Assembly (NCBI GenBank): GCA_029953675.1
Contig: JAMWBK010000005.1
Span: 1,116,001-1,180,000, forward strand
Reading direction: 5' to 3'
DNA: 64,000 nt
DNA from: Rhodosorus marinus CCMP1338
Taxonomy: Eukaryota; Plantae; Rhodophyta
In this document: piece by piece, positions 26,595-38,342 of the stretch
Layout of the letters: each line of letters starts with the position of its first letter
How positions within the stretch are numbered: position 1 is the first letter of the stretch
Made by a program: the position numbers and the translations under genes
Notes under the pieces: generated by a model
What the model was told of the DNA's origin: nothing
What the model saw: the letters and a program-made list of their open reading frames with translations, nothing else
The model's database searches: none

Positions 26595-28586
26595 AAAAAG
26601 TAACAAAAGCCCGAACAATTCAAGGCCGCTCTTCATTCACCTTGCGCTGATTCACTCGACTCACTTCTTCACAGTTGACAAGGTCGCTAATATGAGGAAC
26701 TAATGACGATCTGCCCTAATTCCTCTGCATACTCAGCTGTACTCCAGGAACAACTATGGATCTTGAGACGTTGATCACTGTGAGGACGCAGCAGCCCAAC
26801 CTCACCTTGCAGGAAAAAACTTCCGTCCAAGACGTGAGTTACGGCCCCACCAACGAGAAAGAAGTCTTGCATGAGGTTCAGTCCAGTTTCCTCAAGCTAG
26901 CACGTGACACGTTCGGGTGTCCAATTCGTTTCGTCAACATAAAAACAAGTGATCGATAGGAATCAATGGTTTCCTTGACCAGTCCAAGGCGCACAGCGTA
27001 TTCACCTGGCCATCTTAACGGTCTGTGGCCATCTTGCGTTCCCTAGCACTGCTGACCAGCTTCACCATACCACCACGCACAACAAGCTAAATAACGCAAC
27101 GGCGTCACTTCGTCCAACCCATCTACAACATACTACGCAACATAAAAAGAAAGGCACACACACAATTCCCGGACGGATGGGCCAGAGCCCTACGGACCAA
27201 AGGAGCTGTCCCACCTCCATGAAGCATGGTGGCATCATTTTACTTGCAGCCCGCGTCCCGACCATTCTCGTTCAAAGAACAAGCAGCAAACATCCACGGT
27301 TTGCGGAGCGCCCTCCACCAACCCGAACGGTAACAATGAAGAAAGAAAAGAGAGAAAGAAAAAAACCCTAACGAAAAAACGAACACCTCAAGTCCGCTGC
27401 TTTCAGCGACAGTAAGGGGACCACTATTGGACGAGGCGCAAAAACAGGATTTTTTTTTTTCACCGGCTTCGTCCAGGTCAGCACCAGCATTTCATCACCA
27501 CCGGCCCGCACTCCTCAAAAAGGCTCATCACCGTCCAACCTCCCCACAAACCCTCCAGCAACCTTTGATCAATCCAGAGTTTTCTACCCCGATCCCCAAT
27601 AGATGCAACCAACTTGTCAGTGAAAACTAATCGCGATTCCAAACCCCCTAAACCAATCAACAAAAAAATAACAAAACCACTAAAACTTATTTTATTAAAC
27701 ACGTTGGTGCTCTAAATTCCCATCTCATTCCCCCCCTCCGCCTTTCCCCGCTTCTCCTTCAACCGCATGGCAACCATACTTTTTCTCTTTCCTCCTCTTT
27801 CCAGAGATCCAGCTCCCGTCTAACGGAGCTGGGGGTGCGCGGGGGGAGGGCCGGGGAGGGTTTCTGCTAACGAAACAAACACTACGTCAGAGCTCAGCTC
27901 GGTTTCGTCAGTTTTACCATCATCCCCAACCCCAAGTCGCGCAAGAAGTGAAAGACTTTATTCGTTAACGCGCTATTGGCGCTCCACCGTTTACATCTTT
28001 CCAACATCTAAAAATAAAAGCCCCCCTGAAGCACCGTCCTTGTCCAGCCTTTCCATCAGAAGCTTGCACTCAGCCAACACATAACTCAAGCTTCTTTATT
28101 GGTTTATATGGTTTACTATTATCCAATTGATATTGGTAAGAACAACTTAAGAAATTTAATTGGTAAATTAGAGATACGCTCGTGCCTGCGTATTTATCAA
28201 TTTATGGAGAAGTTTTTTAACTTTGAGTGGTGATTGGATGTTTAATTATCGAATTAGATTCCTTGGTTGTCCGTTATATGGCATTTAGGAAACCCCTCGA
28301 ATGAGGTCAAAGGCTATTTAAGGAAGGAGCTGTTTGGGTTGAGAGGAGGGGAAGGGAGACGCAGAGGGGATGATTTGGGGGTTATGGTGAGGAGAGAAGT
28401 GAGGGAAGGAGGGAGTCTAGGTTTTTTTTTTTTATGGTTTCTGAGGAGGGTGTTGGTAGTAGTCTCGTTTGGAGGGTTTCTGAGGATTGTGTGAGAAGTT
28501 TTTGTGTTTGGGTTTTTTTTCTGTTGTGGGCGGGGTGATTTTTCTTTTTGTATTATTTTTTTTGGTCTCTTTAGTGAAAGGGCGAT

Positions 28587-29157
28587 ATGAGTAGTGCTTT
28601 GGCTGTGCTGAGAGGGAGGGCATCCGAGGCCCTGCATCGGAGGTTGAATGGCCGTGAGCTTCCGTTGATGTACCCTTTTTTGGGTTTGATGATGGCTGGA
28701 GGGTTTACTACGTACATCCGGGGCCAGTGGGCTGCAAACGAAAGACAGAGACAGATGGAAATTGAAATGGCAGAGAAAAGACAGAGGATGGGGTTCACGG
28801 AAGATGAGAAAGACCCCGCGTACTCCGGGGAGTATGCTTTTGTCGACAAACCCTCGGCAGATAGCTTCAACAAAAAAGTAGGATTGGCGTCTCTTGCAGG
28901 CGCTGCTGTTGGAGTGCAGCTTTATAGACAATGGTATGTATAATTGGTGTCTACAGATTATGTTTTGGTCTTTCATTCATTCTTTCTAACATTTTCAATG
29001 GCGTGTGTCATGCAGGGACCGAAAGTCCGTGGCCATGGCTCTCCTGCACACTCGTGTACTGGCGCAGGGAACGATCGTGTTGGGTGTAATTGCCTACTTC
29101 GGCCTTCGAGATTACCGGCGCAAAGTGCAGGAGAAGTTGGAAGCTGCTGCCGAATGA
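28587..29157 (+). CDS. HIG1-domain (RCF1/HIGD-like) mitochondrial inner-membrane protein, 2 exons
   Basis: Intron 28934-29015 yields GLASLAGAAVGVQLYRQWDRKSVAMALLHTRVLAQGTIVLG. The HxRvxAQ motif flanked by two TM segments is HIG1-like. Confidence 0.7.
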
Positions 29158-30410
29158 CTCTTTGGGTACAGCGACATTATTTATTTTCAACCTCAGATCA
29201 TAGAAGGTTGAGAAGAGCTGTACAGGGAAAGGCCTTGCCCTTGCGAGCACCCACGTACTCTTCGGTTGAACACGATGCGCCTGTACTGTGACGGTTCTCT
29301 ACCATATAATTTGCACCACTCAACTTCCTTAGCAGCAAACGTTTTGTACGCTTAAAACCAATAACTTGTAGCATACTTCCCAACCCAGCACCAGCGAATC
29401 GAGTTCGCAAGAGAGACGTTTTTAGTACATGCCATTCGTTCCCTTATAAACCTGCCTCAAAGCTCGGGGTCTCGGGCTTTGAATGTATGGATGAAGCCTT
29501 CCACTACTGTCCCATTCTCAAGGCGAAAAGCAAGATATAAGGCGTTGCCGAAGTAGTCCATTCCGGACGCCTCCTGAAGGTCAATACACCACGTCTGCGT
29601 TCCGTTACGGCCGGTTTGTTGAGCCCGGAGCTGGGCGGTCTGTCCGGAATTTCGTAGAGCGGCATCCAGCGAAGGAACAGATTACAGCGTACGAGTCGAA
29701 GTCGACGTCCCCATGACGTCGAGGGCCTACAATCCGCCACTAGTGGAAGTTGGATGCCGCTCTAAGATATTCCGGACAGATCCCCGTTCTCGGGACTCAA
29801 GAACGAGCCGGTACAAACCCAGAAGCAGCGGAACAAAGCCGTCAACCACACCCGTTCAGCATGTACGACCGTCTCTGGCGAACGTCTCTGGTGCCGGTTC
29901 CATTCCTAACAACCGAATATAAATTTCGTTTTGACCACCCCGCCATCAGTCGGCCTTCATGTCTTCCCGCAGGAACAGAAGTAGAGGACTAAACTCCACA
30001 AAGTCCAATAGAGGATTCACCAAGAAGGGCTCAATCAGCGGCATCAGCAGCTATCGACGTTCTCTTCATGTTAGCGGAGAGAAAGACCTCTATCGTCGTC
30101 TCGACTCTATCGTGCTTGGGAGTCTTTCCGCTCAAGAAGCCCGCAAAAAGAGTGGGACCAAATGAACGGAGAAGCATTCGGTTAAGCGTTGCTTGGCTAA
30201 ATCGATGAAGACTGTTTTCTTAGTGTGAACTGGATGAACTCAAAACGTGACACTGGTGAGAGAACCTCCTTATAGTCCAGTTCCGTATACTTTTTGGGTG
30301 TTTTGTCCTTACTACTATGTCACGGTCCTGGAGGTCTTTTCTCTGAGTTTGCTTGTTTTGGAAAGCGCTGTTTGTTTTGTCACGGATGTTGCGCTCTTTG
30401 GCGGACGGAA

Positions 30411-31661
30411 ATGAGGGTGCTAGTAGTGACTCTAGCTGGAAAGCCGGGTCTGTGCATTCCTGAGCTTCAGCAAGATGAGTTACTCTTCCAGTCTGGAATC
30501 GTAGCTGGTTTTTGGGCCAAGTTCTGGGTCGATCGCCACCGCGAGACGTCCCATAAGGAAGCCACTGTGAGGCTGGCTGGAGGACACGGAATCTGTATTC
30601 GAGAAAGCGGTGGACTGTTATACGCCTGTGTTGGGAAAGGATGTGAAGAGCTTCTTAGCGCCTTGTGCAATGCGCTGCAGGCGCTCGTATTGGCCTCAGT
30701 TTCCCAAAAACTGTCAAGCGTACTGTCCTCGAATCCCGGAACGGACGTTTCCCGCTATGTAAGGCTCGACTGGGTACGTTACAATTTGGAGAGTCGCCAA
30801 CTCGTATCCACTGGTCTAGGGTACGTCCCAGTTGATCCTTATCTGTTCGTGGATCCTAGCTCGTTGAAGGATTCGCTGCTCAAGGACGGACCGCATGTTA
30901 TTTCTCACGCTGTAATCCTGGGCCCTTCTGGTACATTCATTGCCAGCGTGTATCCGGAAGGGCATCCCCTCTCCAAGGTAAGTCCCTGGACGTCCTCTTC
31001 TTCGGGCTTTTGGCCAAGTCCTCGCCTTGCCTTTACTTAAGAGATCTTCTTTCCTTCATCCCGGGCGCTTCAGGACGACTACTTAGTACTTTCCTCCCTC
31101 GCGGCTACATCAAGTTCTCTTGAGCGAATATACTTGCCGAGTTATGGGGGTTCCGGATGTTTCTATTCCATGGTATTCCCGCTTGAAAACGTCAACTTGA
31201 TCATCATGAGTCCGAGGAAATCCTACGCGGATACGTTCCATGGCAGGGTTTTGGCGTTGAAGAGGAGGATAAGCCTCGCGCATATTCCGCTGAAACCAGC
31301 GTGCATAGAGGAATGTGGATACCTGATACTTGTCGATCATGAGAGCAAGTGCGTGGCGGAGTTCAAGAGTGAAGACCGTGACAATGTAGATACAAAGTTG
31401 GCGTGCCTGAACAGCGGTGCGGACGCCCTGTCTGTGCGCCTGGGGAACTCGGTTTTCGTCGCAAAGCAAAAGCTTGATAACTTGAACTGTGAGTTCCTGG
31501 CGAGCTTCTGCAACTGCGAGTCCGAGGAGAGAGCACAGCGGACGATCGACGAAGTCCTCCTTCCCTGGGCGGAGGCAGCTATCTGTTCGCTTAGGAGGCA
31601 TACTCGCAGCAGGGAGCTTCCTGGACCGGGACTTTTACGATATATACAGAGTCTAGGATAG
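30411..31661 (+). CDS. MON1: MON1/SAND family tri-longin Rab7 GEF subunit (divergent), multi-exon
   Basis: VLVVTLAGKP resembles FVLSEAGKP; LSSVLSSNPGTDVSRY resembles LSHIFQQKQNYDLRRL; ERIYLPSYGGSGCFYSMV resembles TPVCLPKFNAAGFFHAHI. Confidence 0.65.
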
Positions 31662-32719
31662 CTCCCCCCCAAGCCAGTCCATTGCCACGTACCGGAGCTC
31701 ACTATTGTCGGCAACGATTGCAAAGATCGCTCGTTTTCTGATGATCCTGGCAGATCGCCCTGCCAAGACTATGTCGGATCCGCGTACGGCGTGGTCTATT
31801 ATATGTACAACAGCGGACGCATGTTCCACCATGGCATCGCCCGCGTAAATTACGAAGTCACCGCCGTATTTTGTGCCGGAGCTTACCCCGAATCTAATTT
31901 TGAAAGAACAAAAGGAACGAGAATCCTTTTCAGATCTATTAGCAACGTAAAAAAAAAACGAGCTTCCTCTAGGAGCTAAAGCGGAGCCAAGAAACCTGAT
32001 GGAATCCCTGACAAAAGGCTCGGATCGGAAGGCTGCTTACCCACGACTTTGAAGGTCTTTGAACACTCGAACACGTCTCTCTGTCTCCGGTGTGAGGGCG
32101 GACGAGGAGTTGACATCAATGAGGCCCTGGGATCTTGCAAAATCGAGTTCTTCGAGGGAGAGCTGCAGCGGTAAAACCCGAAGTTTGGACTGTGAACACG
32201 CGGATCTCCAGGTCCCCGTCAAAGTACCGAAAAGTCTCCACTTCTTCCGCAACTCGAGAGCAGTTCTAATATCCCAAATCCAAACCGTCGATCGTACCAC
32301 AGATCTCCCAGGGCTTGGGCTTTCCAAGGAGGTAAAGTCTCGAGTCACTTCAAGACTCGGGACAGAATCCCCTCCAGAATCTCCCCGACCCCCCCCAAGT
32401 AGTCCGTATCCCACGCCTTGCTCTCGTCGTTCATCAGCAGATGCCTCTCCTTCCTCCCCGCGTACTTCACCTCCAGAAACCTTCCCCTCCAGTCTGGGTC
32501 CCAAGTCGTCCTGATCAAAACCTCCTCACCAGTACCACTGCCTCTACCACCACCCGCTCCTTCTCCAACCTGCTCCCTCGGTACCTTCCACGCAACCTCA
32601 CCTTCTTCTTCCTCAATTTCAAACCCTTTCCAAGAAGGATACTTCTCCAGAATCTTCAAGTGGATCACCTCTGACAGCCCACAAAGCCTCCTCTTTGCGC
32701 TCAGATACCTACACAGCAT
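31653..32719 (-). CDS. SEN34: tRNA-splicing endonuclease catalytic subunit Sen34; 5-prime structure unresolved
   Basis: VWIWDIRTALELRKKWRLFGTLTG and LPLQLSLEE. Intron 31894-32040 gives GTKYGGDFVIYAGDAMVEHAS...GRSARIIRKR, with the catalytic Tyr/His/Lys positions present. Confidence 0.85.
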
Positions 32720-32879
32720 CTTTTCTTAAGCGACCACCAGCATCAGAAAACTCGAGCAAACTCTCCCGCACGTGCTGCTCAAGACGGCCTTATACGATGC
32801 TTCCAGCACCAGGATCTACTGGTTCAAGTCATTCCCTTGATCTGTATGATCCCCGTCGGAAAATACTGTGTGCGGAGTT

Positions 32880-33820
32880 TAGGTTCCGAGGAGGTAAGCC
32901 GCATCCTAGCTCGAACATCTTGCCAGAACGGATCTCACCAGCGTCTTCATCTACAGCTTCACCGACTGGCTTGATCCCGACGATGGCTATTGGAAAACGT
33001 TGTGAGGAGCTTAGCAAGCCACGTCCCACCTCAAACATCATGAAGCAACGGATCTCACCGGCATCTTCATCTACTACTTCACCCAGCACTTGCTTTCTAC
33101 AGATCGCTTATTGGAAAATGTTGGTGAGTTCGGTTCCGAGGAAGTAAGCCGCATTCTAGCTCAGCTTGCCAGAACGGATCCCACCGGCATCTTAATCTAC
33201 AGCTTCACGGATTGGCTTGATCCCGACGATAGCTATTGGAAAACGTTGTGACGAGTTTAGAAATCCACGTCCCAGCTCAAACATCATGTCGCAACGGATC
33301 TCACCGGCATCTTGATTTACTACTTCGCCCAGTACTTGCTCTCTACAGATCGCTTACTGGAAAATGTTGTGAGTTCTGGTTCCGAGGAGGTAAGCCGCAT
33401 CCTAGCTCGGACATCTTGCCAGGACGGATCTCACCAGCATCTTCATCTACATCTTCACCGATTGGCCGGGCCGATAGCTATTGGAAAACGTTGTGACGAG
33501 TCTAGAAAGCCACGTCCCAGCTCAAACATCATGACGCAACGGGTCTCACCGGCATCTTGATCTACTACTTCTCCCAGCACTTGCTCTCTACAGATCGCTA
33601 TTGGAAAATGTTGTGAGTTTTGGTTCCGGGGAGGTAAGCCGCATCCTAGCTTGGACATCTTGCCAGAACGGATGTCACCGCCATCCTGAACTAATGCTTC
33701 ACTGATTCAGTTCATCTCGATCGGCACTGGAGATGGTGTGAGTGTGAGGAGTTCGGTGTTCCGAGGAGGTAAGCCGCTAAATACCCAGCTCAAAAGATCT
33801 TTCTATAAGCGGATCTCACC
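32880..33820. repeat. Tandem array of alternating A/B units (about 120 and 126-130 bp; about 246-bp higher-order repeat)
   Basis: GGATCTCACC-like anchor at 32930, 33050, 33176, 33296, 33426, 33541, 33670, 33811. Confidence 0.92.
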
Positions 33821-34026
33821 TTTCAGTCCTCAAGAGTTCTCCGAAATGTGGGTCCCAGCGTACGTGTTGCGGGCTTCGGCTAAGTAGTATCGCCACATTG
33901 GACAGATCGGTTTCATAAGAGGCTAAGGCACGGTAGGAAGGGCTACAGAGAGTGTGCGCCTCCCAGAACTAAGGTAACACTACAACACGCCAGGTGTCAG
34001 ACTCAACTACATCAGCGGGGGGCTCT

Positions 34027-34280
34027 GGTTGTATTGGAGTCGGGATGGTTTGCCTATGTCCGCGGATTGGTTTCTCTGACTACTCGAATCCCATCGTAGA
34101 TGATGTGAGCTTTGCCTGGTTGTTCGGGTAGCTTGTACATGAGCTTTCAACAAGTTTCTGTTTCAGAAAGCACGTACAGGGATCACACCCTGGTTGTCTT
34201 GGCTTCGGGATGGTCCGCAGAGTGGTTCTCTGACGGTTTGATTTCCCAGTAGTGGTTGTGAGCTAACGCTTTGTCTTGGT
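34027..34280. repeat. Diverged direct duplication (two about 90-100 bp copies about 165 bp apart)
   Basis: TGGTTGT.TTGG..TCGGGATGGT...CCGC.GA.TGGTT.CTCTGAC occurs near 34027 and 34191. Confidence 0.6.
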
Positions 34281-34943
34281 AGAACGTCCAGCTCCCAGCA
34301 TGTCCTTGTTTCAGGAGCTCGCGCTGTGGTCAGACTGTTTGTTAAGGCCTCAGGGTGGTTCGCTTACCCGCAAGTTTTCCTGGGACAACAGTTTTGTATT
34401 CCCGAGTTTGTGAAGACTGAACTGTGTCTGCGTTTCCTCGACCGTGTTTTTTTACTTGTGATTGAGCTCTGTGAGGATTCGCTTCCTCAGTCACAGGATT
34501 CTAAGCCCTTACAAGAATTACTATCTAACCGCGTATTGAATCAATCGGATTAGTTTGGATTAGAACATTCGGCTCATCGGTTCGCCTTAGCAGATTTCCA
34601 AAGCGGATAATATCGAGTTGCTATGAGGCAACGTTGACGTTTCCTCCAAAGGTACGCGTCTTCTATGAAGACCGCTGAGTATGCATAGCAGTACGGGAAA
34701 GGAGGCTGGTGCCAGTGAAGATGCGCGTCGGCGTCCCACCCGCGGCCGGGATCGTCGTTCTGCACACTCGCTTGCAGACTGATCTCGCCACCGGGTTCGA
34801 TCCCTTGTGCAAACCGGTTGTGGCGAATCTTGCCCATGCTTTTTCAGCGGCAGCGGAGATCTCACCGAAGTAGCTGCTGCGTTCAGCTTCCTTGGGCCAC
34901 AACTAAGTGTCTGTATCACACGCTAAGAGAAGGTCGAACGCTC

Positions 34944-35569
34944 TCAGCTCTTTGCAACCTTCCGCCATTCGTTGATCTGTGTTTTCGGACACTGCATCTG
35001 CTCCGAATTGATTGGAACCATAGCTTCTCCACTTTGAGAACACAAGGCATGGATGACGCCGTGCTCATCCTTTGCCGTTGAGAGAGAGTGGTACTGCTTG
35101 TCTCCCAAGCTTATCACCTCAGCCACAACGATGTCACCCGGTCGAAAGCTCTTCGGTATGTCGACCTTGAGAAAGTGAACGCAATGAAAGCTGTCAACAA
35201 CGGGGAGAAATTCAATTCCAAAGCACCAACTGGACGTACCTGATCAACTTCAAACTCTCGAACATCCTGAACTCGTATGATTCCTCTAAACACAGACCGC
35301 AGGGGAATCCCGTCTACCACCAGAATCTCCACAGTCGCGAATCTTGAGTTGATCCTTAGGACCCTACAGGTTACAACAGATCCAACTAAGGGTACAATCG
35401 CCTTCCTCTCCCGGATGACGTCCACGCTGATTAACCGACCACGTCCATCCTGGTGGGTGATCCCCGTGACAGATGAAAACGCCTCATCTCCTTCAACGTA
35501 ACACCCCAAGCCATCAGAAACCTCTCCGGCCTTCCCCAGTATGCTTCCCGGAGTGACGATTCTAGCCAT
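34944..35569 (-). CDS. CSL4: Exosome cap subunit Csl4 (EXOSC1), 2 exons
   Basis: IVTPGSILG, VGSVVTCRV, FRGIIRVQDVR. Intron 35166-35239, then SFRPGDIVVAEVISLGD...MQCPKTQINEWRKVAK. Confidence 0.95.
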
Positions 35570-36249
35570 GCTCTTACCACAAACTCTTGGAACCCTCAGA
35601 ATCAACCCTCTCAGCGGTTGATACTTCGCTCAACGCGTACAACACCAAGTTCAGCACGCACGCGTCGTCGTCTTCACCAGTCTCCAGTACCACCACCGCG
35701 TCACCCTCACTGATACCGAAGAGCCTCACGAAAAGGGAACAGTGACGGATTGCTCTCCTACGCTTGATCCCACTGAAGCGAGAAACACGTTGTGGGTGTT
35801 CACCCAATCTTGACAAACTCGAATTTCGGCGCTTCAGAACGATTCTCACAATGATAGTGACACACACTGCCCACCCGGACCGCATCAACCAAAGTTATAC
35901 TGCAACGGAGGGAACCATGTGAGCAACGCCAAACTCAACTTCACGCCTACAGCGATGTTGTTGTTGACTTGATGATCTACACGGAGAAAGACAGCGATAC
36001 ACTGCTCACCAGAGCAGGTCGACTCTTTGACCGAACAACCGTCTTACGCAAAGCGTTCTTTACCAAGACCAACCGGCATCCACCCCCTTGCGGAGGGCCA
36101 ACTCTTCGGATGCCAAGTCGTCGCAGCAAGAGCGATGATCCATACCAGCTGTTTAGGACGAGCAAGGACTGCTTGTGACATTCCTTCACGTCTCCTCGGA
36201 AATCCGCCTGGCTGGTGTTCCAGTAAAAAGACTTTTTTTTTGTTTTTGC

Positions 36250-36945
36250 CCTGATATAGTAGACCAAAGGCCAACTGATACGAGTGCAAAGAAAACCAGT
36301 GGAGTGCTACTCCAGCTAACTGGCGATCCATCACTTTTGCACAAAGGTCTTGATGCTTGGAACCAGTCGAAGCACGTGATTTCCCCGATATGGTAGACCA
36401 AATGCCAACTTGCAGCAGCACAAAAAAGAAGGAAATTGTGGGCACATACTCTAGCTAACTAGCGATCCATCAAGTTGGCCAAGGTGGTTGTTGATGGTTG
36501 GAACCAGTCGAAGCACGTGATTTCCCCGATATGGTACACCAAGGGCCAACTTCAAGAGCACAAAACAAGAACGAAACTGTGCGCACATGGAGTGTTACTC
36601 CAGCTCCCTAGCGATCCATCAAGTTGGCAAAGGTCTTGATGGTTGGAACCAGTCCTAAGGCGTGCTTTCCCTGATATGGTAGACGGCAGGCAGTCAATTA
36701 AGAATGAAACTGTGTGCTCGTGGAGTGTTCCTCCAGCTAACTAGCGATCCATCAAGTTGGCAAAGTAGGTCTTGATGGTTGGAACCAGTCCAAGCACGTG
36801 ATTTCCACGAGATGGTAGACCGAAGGCCAACTTCAGGAGTGCAAACAAGAACACAACTGTGTCAACATGGAGTGTTCCTCCAGCTACCTAGGGACGTTGG
36901 CAGAGGTGGTCTAGATGCTTGGGAAAAAGTCTAAAGCATGTGAAG
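36250..36945 (-). repeat. Tandem array, five copies of about 134-145 bp, decayed WD40-like coding repeats
   Basis: GATATGGTAGACC-like anchor at 36253, 36387, 36528, 36673, 36809. One unit translates in frame as YHIGEITCFDWFQASRPLCKSDGSPVSW. Confidence 0.85.
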
Positions 36946-37168
36946 GATTAGGGTGAATTGTAATCGACTTGTTTTCCTTGCATGTTTGTCTGTGGAGCAT
37001 CTGCGCTTTTTTTGTTTCCACGAGAGACCGTCGAGGGCAAACAGAGCTTAGATGAGAGGGGATGACCGGTAGGAGAGGGTGACCGACGATTCGCTGGCGG
37101 GACACTAGGGGCGATCTGTGGATTTAAGAAAATGATTTGGGACGTGACGCGAATATGGGAGTTTTGAC

Positions 37169-38312
37169 ATGAGCTTGAAAGCACGCCTGAAGGTGATCAG
37201 GAGATGCTTTAGACACCCGACTCGTGCGGCGGAGCGTGAGCTTCTCGAGAGAATCCTGTATCGTAATGCTTCACAGCATAGGGGTACGAGGCATCTGAGA
37301 CTACTTCGATGTGCAGTGAGGGCGAGGAGTCGACTGGACGCACTTCCGCTGTGGCCGTATATTATCGATTGTGAGCTTGAGGAGATCAAACAAGACTTGC
37401 TAGAGCAGATTGTTCAGCAATACCGCTCAGAATGGGAGAGGTTTAAGCAGATTGTTTTCAAAGCACAGAAGGAATTGCTCAAACTCATTTCTCAGAGCTT
37501 CTTCCTCCCGATCTGCGTTGCAGCATGGAGCGGTCTCGCACGATTGTATTGTATAGAACTTAAACTCAGCTCGGAGGTAGTGGGGCTGCTCTCTGCCAAT
37601 AGTGACAAGAAGCAGGAAGAGGACATTGGAGGTAAGCGACGTCAGGCAAACCTCCGGATGCATGAAAATACATTTCTTCCACGCGGACACTAAGCAGAAG
37701 AAAGTTCCTCACTATGCATTGACAGAGATAGTTTCTACTGTCAAGCAACAAACCAGCCATGAACCTGGTTGTGAACCACTCGTCGTCCGGCATCAGGTTA
37801 TGGCTGAACCAACAGCACCCGCAGCTACCCACAAAAGGGTCAAAGCTCAAGAAAGCCGAAAACTTATCCCTAGTGCTCGGCCATCAGCATGTGAGAACCC
37901 CAGCCCCGGCGGCAAGGGAGAAAAGCAGGCCCTTAAGGTATGCGCAAGTCAGAACCAGGGTTGACACTATCAAACGGACGAACTAATCGATTACGCGGTT
38001 GCTGAATTCTAGAAACAATCCTCGAAGACGGATATCCAACGGCATAAAAGAATCAGGTCTGTCGCCCGTGAATCGCTGATGTCCTGCACCGACTTTGAGA
38101 GCACCACCGCCAATTCGTCCAGTACTGCGCCTTCCGAGTCAGACCCGAAGCGAAGAAGCGAGCCAGCAGTACTGCAGTGGGAAGGAATCGACGCTAGCAA
38201 GTTGAAAGCGGACAGCAGACAGTCACCGGCGCCGGCGGGGAAAGCCGAGAACAGAAAACGTTCAAGACTCCATCAGAGTTCGGAGATTGACGACATCTTC
38301 GGGGATCTCTAA
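37169..38312 (+). CDS. NEPRO/RMP1-like (DUF4477) RNase MRP-associated protein, 3 exons
   Basis: LERILYRNASQHR, FFLPICVAAWSGLARL. Intron 37632-37725 restores EEDIGEIV (EDLGE-type motif). Ends DDIFGDL*. Confidence 0.7.
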
Positions 38313-38342
38313 GACCTGTGACAATGCATCAAGTGATAGATC

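Noticed and set aside
31337-31723. Long antisense extension of SEN34 into MON1
   Set aside because: The spliced SEN34 frame stops at 31653. This track ORF is in a different frame and shadows MON1.
31791-31979. Plus-strand ORF as a last MON1 exon
   Set aside because: It is the antisense of the SEN34 catalytic exon and intron. MON1 already terminates at 31661.
34761-34812. tRNA-like GGGTTCGATCCC T-loop
   Set aside because: Only a 3-bp stem, total span about 52 nt, and no D or anticodon arm.
35574-35888. Separate gene ending 4 nt before the CSL4 ATG
   Set aside because: No ATG start or motif. The composition fits the G/T-rich 5-prime region typical of genes here.
32880-36945. CRISPR interpretation of the tandem arrays
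   Set aside because: Whole units are homologous, with no unique spacers and no cas genes, in a eukaryotic intron-rich context.
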